DNA from: Candidatus Midichloriaceae bacterium
GTDB taxonomy: Bacteria > Pseudomonadota > Alphaproteobacteria > Rickettsiales > Midichloriaceae
Direction of reading: 5' to 3'
DNA: 64,000 nt
NCBI GenBank assembly: GCA_045105275.1
Contig: JBGCDJ010000006.1
Location: forward strand, 1,645 to 65,644
Shown here piece after piece: positions 38,579 through 49,315 of the stretch (the stretch's first letter is position 1; each line of letters starts with the position of its first letter). Below the pieces are notes generated by a model. That model searched no databases, had not been told where the DNA came from, and saw only the letters and a program-made list of their open reading frames with translations. The position numbers were made by a program, and so were the translations under genes.

Positions 38579-39352
38579 TTATTTAATTATTTTAAAAGCT
38601 CTATTTGTTTTAAGCTTTGTAATAAAATCTAACACTGAAAAATCAGATGTCCAAAATAATATTTTAGCTTTGCCAAGAATTTTATTTTTAGGAACGTAAC
38701 CCACTTTTTTTAAGAATCTACTATCTGTTGAGTTATCTCTATTGTCTCCCATAAAAAAATAATGACCTTGTGGTACTTCATAAACTGGAGTATCATTATG
38801 GTCAAAGTTATTTCGATAGCTTTTTCCATCATCATCCATATAAATCATATAACTGATTCCATTTGGAAGAGTTTCCTGAAAAATATTTTTGACATAAGGA
38901 GTGCCATTTTGTATATCAATTTTCTGACCTTTGTTTTCTTTCTTTACCGCAACATTATTGATATATAGTTGCCCGTCTTTAATTTGTATTTCATCACCAG
39001 GAAGTCCGATAAGCCTTTTTATATAGTGTATGCTACTGTCTTTTGGTAATAAAAAAACTATGACATCACCTCTTTTGGGAGTGTCAAAAGATAATGATTC
39101 GTTAACTAAATCAAATCTATTAAGCATGAAGGAAAAGGAGCTATTATTGTAGCCATAAGCAAATTTTTCAACAAAAAGATAATCTCCTATTTGTAATCCA
39201 GGCTTCATTGAGCCAGAAGGAATTTTAAAGGGTTGATATATAAATGTTTGAAAAATAAATGCAAAAATAAATGCAAAAGCTAGTGAGTTTAATAATTCCT
39301 TAAAGTGTTTATAAGAGAATATTGATTTAATGTAATGATTGGTAGATTTCAT
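38579..39352 (-). CDS. lepB: Signal peptidase I
   Basis: IPSGSMKPGL, YIKRLIGLPGD, MGDNRDNSTDSR. Confidence 0.98.
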   Translation of the reverse strand: MKSTNHYIKSIFSYKHFKELLNSLAFAFIFAFIFQTFIYQPFKIPSGSMKPGLQIGDYLFVEKFAYGYNNSSFSFMLNRFDLVNESLSFDTPKRGDVIVFLLPKDSSIHYIKRLIGLPGDEIQIKDGQLYINNVAVKKENKGQKIDIQNGTPYVKNIFQETLPNGISYMIYMDDDGKSYRNNFDHNDTPVYEVPQGHYFFMGDNRDNSTDSRFLKKVGYVPKNKILGKAKILFWTSDFSVLDFITKLKTNRAFKIIK

Positions 39353-39354
39353 TT

Positions 39355-42033
39355 TTATATTTTAGTGTTATATTTTCCGGCAGATACTTTGGCAATAGGT
39401 ATCCTGTAAGGAGAGCACGATATATAATCAATTTTTAATTTACCTAAAAATTTTATTGAGGTTGGGTCCCCAGCATGTTCACCGCAAACACCAATTTTTA
39501 TATTTGGATTATGTTTTCTACTACTTTCAATTGCCATTTTTAGCAATTCTCCTACTGTTTGCTCATGAATAGAAGAAAAAGGATCCTCAAGAAAAATCCC
39601 TTTTTCTATATAAGTTCTTAAAAATTTACCTGCATCATCTCGTGAAATACCAAGGCATGTTTGGGTTAGATCGTTAGTACCAAAACTTATAAAATCTGCT
39701 TCGCTCGCTATCTCTCCTGCATTAATAACTGCGGCGGGAAGTTCAATCATGCTACCTAATTTGTATTCAAATTTAGTGTTTAGTTCCTTTGCAAGAGCAT
39801 TTGCAGTGTCGTTAATAAGATTTTTCAATACAATAAATTCAGCCTTGTTGATTACTAATGGAACCATTATTTCTGGAATAGTGACAATACCATTTTTCAT
39901 GCATCTGTGAGTTGCTTTTAGAATTGCTTTAACCTGTATTTGATAAATTTCAGGATATGTTATTGCAAGTCTGCATCCTCTATGACCTAGCATAGGATTA
40001 ACCTCTTTAAGAGAATTAGCTCTATTTTTTATCTCTTGGACACTTAAAGACATTAATTTGCTTATATGCGCTAATTCACCTTCATTATCCTGCGGTAAAA
40101 ATTCGTGAAGCGGAGGGTCTAGTAATCTAATAGTTACTGGTGTACCACTCATAATTTTAAACAGTTGGTAAAAATCTTCTTCTTGATAAAATAATAACTG
40201 ATTGAGTATTTTAGAACGCTCATCAATATTTTGAGAAAGGATCATTTCTCTAAAAATATTGATTCTGTCTTCTTGAAAAAACATATGCTCTGTTCTACAA
40301 AGACCAATTCCCTCTGCATTAAAGCTTTTGGCTACTTTTGCGTCTTTTACCGTTTCAGCATTTGCCATAACTTTTAAATGTGCAAATTCTTCAGCAATTT
40401 TCATTAAATTTCCAAAATATCCATCTAACTTAGTTTGGATAGTCCCTACTTTACCTAAAAAAACTTCGCCATTTGATCCATTAATTGTAATGAATTCACC
40501 TTCATCAAGTGTAGTATCATTGATTTTCACAGTGTTTTTTTCGTTATCTACTATTATTTCAAACGCACCTGTAACACATGATTTTCCCATGCCTCTTGCT
40601 ACTACAGCAGCGTGAGAAGTCATACCTCCACGAGATGTAAGAATACCAGAAGAAGCGCCTATGCCCCCTATGTCTTCAGGATTAGTTTCATTTCTTACTA
40701 AAATAACTTCACCATGTCTTGCCATTACCTCTGCCTTACTTGAAGAAAGGGCAATTTTACCAAATGCTGCGCCTGGTGAAGCAGGTAAACCTTTGGTAAG
40801 TAATGTTTTATGTGCATTTGGGTCAATACTAGGATGTAATACCTTTTCAATTATTTCTGGCTCTATAGTATTCAAAACTTGTTGTTTGGTTAACACACCT
40901 TCCTTCAGCATATCCATTGCTATTTTTATGGTAGCTCTTGCGGTCCTTTTGCCGGATCTAGTTTGTAATATCCAGCATTTGCCGTTTTCTATAGTAAATT
41001 CAACGTCTTGCATGTCTCTATAATGCAGTTCAAGCCTACGTAGAATAATTTTTAGCTCCTGATAAGCTTTCGGCATCATTTCTTCAAGTGATTTTTCATC
41101 GCCGAAACACTGTTCTTTAGACTTTATGTTTATTGGAGCAGGAGTAACTACACCAGATACTATGTCCTCACCTTGCGCATTAACAATGTATTCTCCAAAT
41201 ATTTCATTTTCACCAGTAGAAGGGTTTCTTGTAAACACCACACCCGTAGCGCAATCATTTCCTTTATTTCCAAAAACCATCGATTGTATATTTACTGCAG
41301 TCCCGACATCATTTGAGATATTACTCATACTTCTATACTTGATTGCACGTGGTACATTCCAAGATCTAAAAACTGCAGATATAGCATCCCAAAGTTGCTC
41401 AATAATATTTTGAGGAAAATCCATTCCTAAATTATTTTTAACCAAATTCTTATACTCATAAACAACATCCTTTAAATCAGAAGCAGTTAAATCTTGATCA
41501 TCTTTAATTCCTAAAAGTACTTTTTTATTATGTAAAATGGCTTCAAATTTTGACTTGTCCAATCCGAGAACAACATTACTATACATTTCAATATATCTTC
41601 TGTAGGAGTCATAAGCAAATCTTGGATTTTTTGTTAATTTTGCAAGCCCTTTTACTGTTGTATCATTCAATCCTAAATTAAGAATTGTTTCCATCATCCC
41701 TGGCATTGATATCTGTGCACCCGACCTAACTGAAATTAACAACGGATTATGCTCATCTCCAAATTTTAATCCCATTGTATTTTCTAGCTGATTAATGGCA
41801 TCGAGGATTAAGCTTTTTAAAAATTCTGGCAATTGATTAGAATTTTCAGTAAATTCTTTACATATTTCTGACGAAATTGTAAATCCAGGTGGGACTGGTA
41901 TTTTCATTTTACTCATTTCAGCAAGCCCAGCACCTTTGTTGCCCAAAACATTCTTTAGGTTATTTCCTCCTTCAGTCGCATTTTTTCCAAAAGAGTATAT
42001 ATATTTTTTTAAAACTCTTTCTTTTTTATTCAT
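39355..42033 (-). CDS. ppdK: Pyruvate, phosphate dikinase
   Basis: LGNKGAGLAEM, SVRSGA, GGMTSHAAVVAR, GLCRTEHMF, SFGTNDLTQ. Confidence 0.98.
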   Translation of the reverse strand: MNKKERVLKKYIYSFGKNATEGGNNLKNVLGNKGAGLAEMSKMKIPVPPGFTISSEICKEFTENSNQLPEFLKSLILDAINQLENTMGLKFGDEHNPLLISVRSGAQISMPGMMETILNLGLNDTTVKGLAKLTKNPRFAYDSYRRYIEMYSNVVLGLDKSKFEAILHNKKVLLGIKDDQDLTASDLKDVVYEYKNLVKNNLGMDFPQNIIEQLWDAISAVFRSWNVPRAIKYRSMSNISNDVGTAVNIQSMVFGNKGNDCATGVVFTRNPSTGENEIFGEYIVNAQGEDIVSGVVTPAPINIKSKEQCFGDEKSLEEMMPKAYQELKIILRRLELHYRDMQDVEFTIENGKCWILQTRSGKRTARATIKIAMDMLKEGVLTKQQVLNTIEPEIIEKVLHPSIDPNAHKTLLTKGLPASPGAAFGKIALSSSKAEVMARHGEVILVRNETNPEDIGGIGASSGILTSRGGMTSHAAVVARGMGKSCVTGAFEIIVDNEKNTVKINDTTLDEGEFITINGSNGEVFLGKVGTIQTKLDGYFGNLMKIAEEFAHLKVMANAETVKDAKVAKSFNAEGIGLCRTEHMFFQEDRINIFREMILSQNIDERSKILNQLLFYQEEDFYQLFKIMSGTPVTIRLLDPPLHEFLPQDNEGELAHISKLMSLSVQEIKNRANSLKEVNPMLGHRGCRLAITYPEIYQIQVKAILKATHRCMKNGIVTIPEIMVPLVINKAEFIVLKNLINDTANALAKELNTKFEYKLGSMIELPAAVINAGEIASEADFISFGTNDLTQTCLGISRDDAGKFLRTYIEKGIFLEDPFSSIHEQTVGELLKMAIESSRKHNPNIKIGVCGEHAGDPTSIKFLGKLKIDYISCSPYRIPIAKVSAGKYNTKI

Positions 42034-43055
42034 TAATCTACATTGCTTATAGAAATTTCATCCAATTTTTCTGAACCAAGCTCTTTTATCTCTAATATTT
42101 TATCTTTAATTTCTTTTGCTATTTCAGGATTTTCTTTCAAAAATATCTTGGCATTTTCTTTACCTTGACCAATTTTTTGATCTTTATATGCATACCAAGA
42201 ACCTGATTTATTAATCACATCTACAATAACTCCAATATCAATAAGCTCTCCTTCTTTTGAAATCCCGCCTCCATACATAATATCAAATTCTACGATTTTA
42301 AAAGGTGGTGCAACTTTGTTTTTTACAATTTTTACCCTGGTTTGATTGCCTGTAACATCATCCTTTTCTTTTATAGCGCCAATACGTCTTATATCAAGTC
42401 TTACTGATGAGTAGAATTTCAGCGCATTTCCTCCTGTAGTTGTTTCTGGACTTCCAAACATTACACCGATTTTCATTCTAATTTGATTAATAAAAAATAA
42501 TATAGTATTGGTTTTGGATACATTAGAAGTTAATTTACGAAGTGCTTGGCTCATCAACCTTGCTTGCAATCCTACGTGGCTATCTCCCATATCACCTTCA
42601 ATTTCTGCTTTAGGTACCAATGCTGCCACACTATCTACTATAACCATATCAAATGCTCCTGACCTGACTAAAGTATCAGTTATTTCAAGTGCTTGCTCAC
42701 CAGAATCTGGTTGAGATAAAATTAATTTATCCACGTCAACGCCTAATTTTTTTGCATATGACCTATCAAAAGCATGTTCTGCATCAATAAAAGCGCATGT
42801 ACCACCTTTTTTTTGACATTCAGCAATTGCATGAAGCGTCAATGTTGTTTTCCCCGAACTTTCTGGACCAAAGATTTCAATAACTCTTCCTTTTGGATAG
42901 CCCCCAACTCCTAAGGCAATGTCCAAACCTAATGAACCAGATGGAATTGATTCAATGTTTTGAGCTTCCATTTCACCTAATTTCATTACAGCACCTTTTC
43001 CGTATGCTTTCTCTATTTGACTTAATGCAGCCTCTATCGCCTTTTCTTTGTCCAT
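42033..43055 (-). CDS. recA: Recombinase RecA
   Basis: [33 protein letters not shown]. Confidence 0.99.
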   Translation of the reverse strand: MDKEKAIEAALSQIEKAYGKGAVMKLGEMEAQNIESIPSGSLGLDIALGVGGYPKGRVIEIFGPESSGKTTLTLHAIAECQKKGGTCAFIDAEHAFDRSYAKKLGVDVDKLILSQPDSGEQALEITDTLVRSGAFDMVIVDSVAALVPKAEIEGDMGDSHVGLQARLMSQALRKLTSNVSKTNTILFFINQIRMKIGVMFGSPETTTGGNALKFYSSVRLDIRRIGAIKEKDDVTGNQTRVKIVKNKVAPPFKIVEFDIMYGGGISKEGELIDIGVIVDVINKSGSWYAYKDQKIGQGKENAKIFLKENPEIAKEIKDKILEIKELGSEKLDEISISNVD

Positions 43056-43199
43056 AAACTTGAATCCTATTTGTGTGTAGTATTACTCAGTTGCAGTATA
43101 GATAAACTATCAATAGTTTCAACAAATTTTTTTATTAAAGTATACAGGCGATTGTAATTTCATCCATTTTTAGTTCAGTAAAATTTAAAATTTGCATTT

Positions 43200-43841
43200 T
43201 TGCGTTGTTTAGCTTACCATTCCTCAAATATATTTTTACATTATATGATTGGATTAACCTTAGATACATCATATTTATATGCTTCTATTGCAATATCTGA
43301 AAATGACAAGATATTGTACTTTAAAAATAATGAAAAAGTAAATAGACAAGCAGAAACACTTAATTTAATGATAGAAGAAGCTATAAGAAATTTGAAGTTG
43401 AGTTTTAAGGATTTGAAATATATTGCCGTTACAACTGGTCCAGGTAGATTTACAGGGCTGAGGGTTGGTGTGTGTGTTGGTAATGCATTGCATTTTGCTT
43501 TAAAAGTGCCGTTACTGCCTGTGTGTAATTTAGCTACAATTGCATTTAATCATCAAGAAAAAAATATAGGGGTGGTGCTTGAAGCAGGGGTAGAAAAATA
43601 TTATTTTCAAGAATTTAATAATAAAATTAACATTTCTCCGATTAAAATAATTAAAAAAGAAGAGATGTGCGAAATTAAAAAAGAGCTTTATTTAGTTGGG
43701 AATGTTGATCAGGTCAATGATAAATTCTTTTTAAATGCAAAGCACATTGCTAAGTTTGCAAACTATAAACTAAAAAATTTAAAAAATTTGATACCAAATT
43801 ATCTAAAGCCACAATATATTATTAATAACTACATAGCTTAA
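43200..43841 (+). CDS. tsaB: tRNA t6A biosynthesis protein TsaB; probable start ATG 43245
   Basis: LTLDTS, AVTTGPGRFTGLRVG. Confidence 0.92.
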   Translation: MRCLAYHSSNIFLHYMIGLTLDTSYLYASIAISENDKILYFKNNEKVNRQAETLNLMIEEAIRNLKLSFKDLKYIAVTTGPGRFTGLRVGVCVGNALHFALKVPLLPVCNLATIAFNHQEKNIGVVLEAGVEKYYFQEFNNKINISPIKIIKKEEMCEIKKELYLVGNVDQVNDKFFLNAKHIAKFANYKLKNLKNLIPNYLKPQYIINNYIA

Positions 43842-43857
43842 CATTTAGGAGTTTAAA

Positions 43858-45288
43858 ATGACAAACAATAGAATTACTGTAGCATATGGAGATGGAATTG
43901 GCCCTGAAATTATGGAATCCGTCTTAAAGATTTTGAGTTATGCTAAAACGGGTTTAGAAATAGAAACTATAGAGATTGGTGAAAAAATTTATAAGAAAGG
44001 ATTTTCTTCAGGAATATCAGAAGATGTATGGGAAGTTATCAAAAGAAATAAGGTATTGTTAAAAGCCCCAATTACAACCCCCTTAGGAAAAGGATATAAA
44101 AGTTTAAATGTAACATTTAGAAGAACATTGGAATTATTTGCTAATATTCGCCCTTCTTTATCTTATTATCCATATGTTGGTAAATTTAAAAACATGGATG
44201 TAGTTATTATACGTGAAAATGAGGAGGATTTATATTCTGGCATAGAGTATAGAATTACCCAAAATTCAACTATGGCAATGAAGCTACTTTCCACGTCAGG
44301 ATGTGAAAAAATTATTCGATATGCATTTGAATATGCAAGAATTAATAAACGTAATAAGGTAACTTGTGTCACAAAAAGTAACATATTGAAAATTACTGAT
44401 GGATGCTTTCAAGAAATTTTTCTTAAAATCGCTCCTGAATACCCAAATATTAAAGCAGAACACATGCTGGTGGATATTGCTTCAGCTAAACTTGCAAATA
44501 ATCCAGAAAATTTTGATGTTGTAGTTACTCTCAATTTATATGGAGATATTATATCAGATATAGCTTCTGAAGTTTCTGGTTCAGTTGGGTTAGCAGGAAG
44601 CGCCAATATTGGCAAAGAATACGCTATGTTTGAAGCAGTACATGGTTCAGCACCAGATATTGCAGGGAAAAATATTGCCAATCCTTCAGGGCTGTTAAAT
44701 TCTGCAATAATGATGTTAAAGCATTTAGGAAAAAATAATGAAGCGGAAATGATCTATAACGCTTGGTTAAAAACTATTGAAGAAGGATTGCATACTGCTG
44801 ATATGTTTAATCCAGAAAAAAGTAAAAAGAAACTCTCAACGTCTGAGTTTACTCAAGCAGTTATTGATAATTTTGATAAAAAGCCAAATTTGTTAGTGAG
44901 TAAATTCCAATCTGCAGCAAATGAAAAAATTTTAATAAAAGAAACTTTAAGCAATAATGAAAAAAGTGAATTGATAGGTGCGGATATCTTCATTAAAACT
45001 CAGTTTACTTCTGAGTTGATCAGCAAATTACAGAAATTAGATGATGTTTTAAAATTACATATGGTATCAAGTAGGGGCTTATTAATTTGGCCAAAAACAC
45101 TTACAAATGCTGAGGTAGATTTTTATAGATTTAGATTTTTAAAAACAAAGAAAGAACATAAAATTTCCCAAAGTGATATATTGACATTGTATAGAAAAAT
45201 AGTTGAATTAGATCTTGACATATTGTCAATTATAAATTTATGTAGTTACGATGATATTATTGGTTTTAGCTTAGCTCAGGGAGAGTAA
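43858..45288 (+). CDS. icd: NADP-dependent isocitrate dehydrogenase (Rickettsia-type with C-terminal extension)
   Basis: GDGIGPEI, RENEEDLYSGIE, NLYGDIISD, EAVHGSAPDIAG. Confidence 0.95.
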   Translation: MTNNRITVAYGDGIGPEIMESVLKILSYAKTGLEIETIEIGEKIYKKGFSSGISEDVWEVIKRNKVLLKAPITTPLGKGYKSLNVTFRRTLELFANIRPSLSYYPYVGKFKNMDVVIIRENEEDLYSGIEYRITQNSTMAMKLLSTSGCEKIIRYAFEYARINKRNKVTCVTKSNILKITDGCFQEIFLKIAPEYPNIKAEHMLVDIASAKLANNPENFDVVVTLNLYGDIISDIASEVSGSVGLAGSANIGKEYAMFEAVHGSAPDIAGKNIANPSGLLNSAIMMLKHLGKNNEAEMIYNAWLKTIEEGLHTADMFNPEKSKKKLSTSEFTQAVIDNFDKKPNLLVSKFQSAANEKILIKETLSNNEKSELIGADIFIKTQFTSELISKLQKLDDVLKLHMVSSRGLLIWPKTLTNAEVDFYRFRFLKTKKEHKISQSDILTLYRKIVELDLDILSIINLCSYDDIIGFSLAQGE

Positions 45289-45293
45289 AAAAT

Positions 45294-46444
45294 TTGAATA
45301 TTACTAAAGAATTAAGAAATTTAGGTAAATTATTTGGTAATGACAAATCTGATAATTTTAAATTTTCATGGATTAGATTGGCGAGGACGCAAAAACATTT
45401 ATTCAGTTGCTTAAAACCTATGGTGATCCAGAAACAGCGCTACAAAATATAGATTTTCTTGCTAAAAAAGGAGGTTTTTCGGGTGAAAAATTAATTGCAC
45501 CTAAACAAATCATTGAGAAAGAAATAGAGGAAACCAAAAAATATGGTGCAGACATTATCCTCGCATGTGAACAGAATTATCCAAATTCATTGCTGCATAT
45601 TCCAGATTTTCCACCAGTTATTGTAACAAAAGGCAATGCACAGCTTTTAAACACGCCTATATTTGCAATAATTGTAGCTAGAAATTCCAGTATTAATGGT
45701 AATAAGTTATCGTTTGAATTTGCTAAAGAAATTTCAGATGCTGGGCTCACCAATGTATCTGGACTTGCTAAGGGGATAGATTCATTTGCACATAAAGGAA
45801 GCCTAAATAATGGAACGATTGGCGTAATTGCAGGAGGGATAAGCCATATATATCCTAAGGAAAACAGTAATCTTTATGAGGAAATATATGATAAAGGTCT
45901 TGTGGTCACCGAGCAACCAATTAATTCTTCAGTCTTAGCTCAGCATTTCCCTCAAAGAAATAGGATGATAGCCGGGTTAGCTTCGGGGGTGCTTGTTGTA
46001 GAAGCTACTAAAAAATCAGGAACTTTAATCACATCTAGATTTGCCTTAGACTATAATAGAGAGGTATATGCTATACCAGGATCTCCGTTAGATTCAAAAT
46101 CGCAGGGGACTAATGAGCTTCTAAAACAAGGAGCTAATTTAGCGTTAGCTCCTAAGGATATAATTCAAGATGTGGACAGATTTATTAAAGAAAATAATGC
46201 GTTTGTCTATGATAATAATGAGAAATTTACCGGCAACCATATGAAAAAATTACCATCTGAATCGGAGCTTGCTCTATTTAGACAGAAACTTTTTAATTCT
46301 TTATCTCACTCACCAATTGAAATTGATGATATTGTAGAGCAACTTGAAATACCGATTAATATATTGAGTTACCTTCTGTTAGAGCTTGAATTAGCGGGTA
46401 AAATATCAAGATTATCGAATAATAAAATATACTTGATATCTTAA
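45294..46444 (+). pseudogene. dprA: DNA-processing protein DprA with N-terminal deletion/frameshift
   Basis: Frame from TTG 45294 gives ...SWIRLARTQ, then shifts near 45393 into TFIQLLKTYG; body has SGLAKGID, FPQRNRMIAG, VVEATKKSGTLIT. Confidence 0.8.
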
Positions 46445-46502
46445 TCAGGCAAGGAATTTAAAAGCAAATGTACAATATTAATTATTAACCTATCCAAAAT
46501 AT

Positions 46503-46531
46503 TTGACCAAGTATTTAAAGCATACTATGAT
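46503..46531 (+). promoter_or_regulatory. Sigma70-type promoter for pal
   Basis: TTGACC-N17-TATGAT. Confidence 0.7.
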
Positions 46532-46567
46532 ATGACGTAAATAATAACATAATTACAAAGGAGCCAT

Positions 46568-47041
46568 ATGAAAAAAGTATTATTAACTGTTTGTTCATTA
46601 GCACTAATTGCAGGAGTTGGGTGTAAAAATAAGTCACAACAATCTACAAGTGGTACTGACAGTAGCACGCTCGATTCAATACCTAGATCAACTTTTGAAG
46701 AACTTGAGAAAAAAGTTGGAGATAGAGTATTTTTTAGTTACGATAATTCCGGTTTATCAGATAGTGCTAAAGCAGTACTTGATAAGCAAATTGAATTCAT
46801 GAAAGAAAACTCTCATCTTAAATTTGTTCTTGAAGGTTTTTGTGATAAAAGAGGCACAGTTGAGTATAACTTGGCGCTTGGAGAAAGACGTGCAAATAGT
46901 GTTAAGAAGCATCTTGTGCAGCATGGTATTAATCCAGACAGATTAATTGTAATTAGCTTTGGTAAAGAAAGACCAGCAGTTAGTGGTGATACTGAAGAAG
47001 CTTATAAGCAAAATAGAAGAGTAGTAACAGTAATTAGATAA
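46568..47041 (+). CDS. pal: Peptidoglycan-associated lipoprotein
   Basis: Lipobox GVGC, DRVFFSYD, EGFCDKRGTVEYNLALGERRA, SFGKERP, NRR. Confidence 0.96.
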   Translation: MKKVLLTVCSLALIAGVGCKNKSQQSTSGTDSSTLDSIPRSTFEELEKKVGDRVFFSYDNSGLSDSAKAVLDKQIEFMKENSHLKFVLEGFCDKRGTVEYNLALGERRANSVKKHLVQHGINPDRLIVISFGKERPAVSGDTEEAYKQNRRVVTVIR

Positions 47042-47072
47042 TTGATTGTTATATACTATCGTTAATTTTTTT

Positions 47073-47117
47073 AAAAAACCTGAACATGATTTTGGAAATG
47101 TGTTCAGGTTTTTTTTT
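47073..47117 (+). terminator. Intrinsic terminator after pal
   Basis: AAAAAACCTGAACA / TGTTCAGGTTTTTT 14-bp inverted repeat with T-tract. Confidence 0.85.
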
Positions 47118-47128
47118 GAATATATGGT

Positions 47129-47836
47129 ATGAAACCTATTAGGATAGCAAAAGCACTTTCTAATTATGGCGCATGCTCTAGAAGGCAAGCAGAAGTATTA
47201 ATTTCAGAAAGTAGGGTAAAAGTAAATGACCACATACTCACATCACCAGTTTATCTAGTTACAAGTTTAGATAAAATTTATGTAGACGGTGTTATTGTTT
47301 CAAAATCCACACAAACACGTCTTTGGAAGTACTTTAAACCAAAAGGCGTTATAACAAGTCATAAGGATAACTTTGGTAGAACAACGTTATTTGAAATATT
47401 ACCAAAAGATATTGGTAGGGTAATTTCTATTGGGAGATTAGACTATAATACTGAAGGATTAATTTTATTAACAAATAATGGAGATTTAGCGCGAAAATTA
47501 GAATTACCAGCAACACAATTAAAAAGAATTTATCTTTGCAAGGCGCACGGAGCTATGCCAAAAAATATGATTAAAGAATTATTTAAGGGAATAGAAGTTA
47601 ATCAAGTTCAATATGGTTCTATTATTGTAGAATTATACAAAAAGCAAGGTTCTAATTCATGGTATAAAATTACCTTATATGAAGGAAAAAATAATGAAAT
47701 AAGGAATGTTTTTGCACATTTTAAGCTTCAGGTGAATAGATTAATAAGAACTGATTACGGAGACTATTCTGCTCATGACATGAAATCAGAGCATTTAATT
47801 GAGCTAGATGACGAAAAATTTTCTAAATATTTGTGA
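47129..47836 (+). CDS. rRNA pseudouridine synthase (RluB/RsuA family)
   Basis: S4 domain CSRRQAE, KPKGV, IGRLDYNTEGLILLTN, EGKNNEIR. Confidence 0.93.
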   Translation: MKPIRIAKALSNYGACSRRQAEVLISESRVKVNDHILTSPVYLVTSLDKIYVDGVIVSKSTQTRLWKYFKPKGVITSHKDNFGRTTLFEILPKDIGRVISIGRLDYNTEGLILLTNNGDLARKLELPATQLKRIYLCKAHGAMPKNMIKELFKGIEVNQVQYGSIIVELYKKQGSNSWYKITLYEGKNNEIRNVFAHFKLQVNRLIRTDYGDYSAHDMKSEHLIELDDEKFSKYL

Positions 47837-48015
47837 TAAAATTAAAAATTGATTTTTGTCATGATTTTAAAGAGCTCATTCAGAATTGCTATTTGTGGTA
47901 GCTTATGGACGTATAATTATGACTTTATTTTATAATTATATGGCGGTTTAAGTTAACATACACAATATTTATTGTTCTATATAATCAAAAATAATAAAAT
48001 TTCTTCCACCTGGGG

Positions 48016-48082
48016 TTGCGCTAACTTTTAGTTGTGCTAAGCTTAAATCATACAAGTAATCAATTTAATTAAATTTAGGAGG
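48016..48082 (+). promoter_or_regulatory. Putative promoter and strong RBS of the broken 48088 gene
   Basis: TTGCGC-N16-TAAGCT (48016-48043); AGGAGG at 48077-48082, 5 nt before ATG 48088. Confidence 0.55.
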
Positions 48083-48087
48083 AAATT

Positions 48088-49025
48088 ATGTTTAGTATGT
48101 TTGGATATGGTGGAGGGTCAACAGTTGTTGAATAAGACGTTGCAGTAGCATCATCTACGGCTTCAGCTTTAGCACTGTCATCTGTGGCCTTTGACGCTCA
48201 AGATGTGGAAGAAAGTATGGGTGTTTTTGATGAATTTGATTTAGATGATAATCAACAGGATCTAATAGATACGCTTGATGAACTTCGAGAAAATGTAGCG
48301 ATGGGAGCTAAAGCTAATGAATTAATTTTAGATCAGCTAAAGCATATGCAAGAATGGATTGAAGTATTAGAAGCAAATACTTTTGTAGAGGCAGCTAAAT
48401 GGATTTTTGAAAAAATATGTGAGTTATTTTGCAAAATCCAAAAAGTGATGGTTGATATTGGTGAAAATATGCCATTAATAGGTGGTAAAGCTTCTAGGGC
48501 TGGAGAGTTTAACGACTTAGATAAGCTTTATGAAAAAGAAATAGCAAGAATAGACAAACTAGATGGTAAAAATGATTTAGGGGATAATAAAAAGAAATAG
48601 CTGCTTTAAAGGCTAATGCTAAAGTAGGGTATGAAGCAAGGCAGGATGCTCTACATGCGAAACATGAGCAACAAGTTGATGCAAAATATGGTAAAGGTAT
48701 GTATGCAGCACAGCAGCAGGCTGAAAAAGCAGGAAAAGAGGTAACTCCAAGACAAAAAGAAGCTATATGGAAAGCTGATGCTACTTGTAAATATAATCAA
48801 ATTGATCAGAAGCAACAAGCGCATGTTAAGCAAAGGAAAGTGCATGGTGCAATATTGGCAAAAAAATATCCTGAGCTTCAGAGGGCTGGTCAATATGTTG
48901 GTAAGCAAGTAGGTAAAGCTGGTCAGTATGCAAGTGAGAAGGCAAGCGCCGCTAAGAAAGCTGTTGGTAGTTTTGCAGAAAGAGTTTCTAAGGGATCTGC
49001 TCCTGCAGCAGGTGCGCAACGTTAA
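48088..49025 (+). pseudogene. Single hypothetical (putative secreted) protein gene broken by in-frame TAA (48133) and a 1-nt deletion near 48590
   Basis: ATG 48088 is in frame with track ORF 48184; GATAATAAAAAGAAATAG shifts into KEIAALKANAKVGYEARQ..., which is in frame with track ORF 48699. Confidence 0.78.
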
Positions 49026-49049
49026 TTTTGCTACTTAAATTAACACGAT

Positions 49050-49096
49050 AAGTGGTTTTAGTTCATACTTAGGTATGTCTAAAATCACTTTTTTAT
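49050..49096 (+). terminator. Intrinsic terminator
   Basis: AAGTGGTTTTAG / CTAAAATCACTT stem followed by a T-run. Confidence 0.75.
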
Positions 49097-49315
49097 TTTA
49101 TAATAAAATGTTTTGTGGTAGTTGTATCTACAATAAAAATTATGTTGAGTAATAAGCTTGAAGGGTGATGAAGTTCTAAGATTAAAAAAATTGCTACAGG
49201 AAATAAAAGGGCAAAAGCTCAATCTTTTTTCTGAGAAAGTTTTAGATGTAGAGGTGTATAAAAATTTGTCACTTCAGGAAAAATTTGTACTTGATACTCT
49301 TAGCATGTTCAAAAA

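Noticed and set aside
35166-43055. Inteins or introns in nrdA and recA, which are common insertion hosts
   Set aside because: Both proteins have normal length and continuous motifs
16460-48135. Stop-codon reassignment (TAA/TAG read as Gln) to explain the in-frame stops
   Set aside because: Conserved genes in the window (ndk, fabI, ftsH, recA, gltA) end normally at TAA or TAG, and the same broken genes also carry frameshifts
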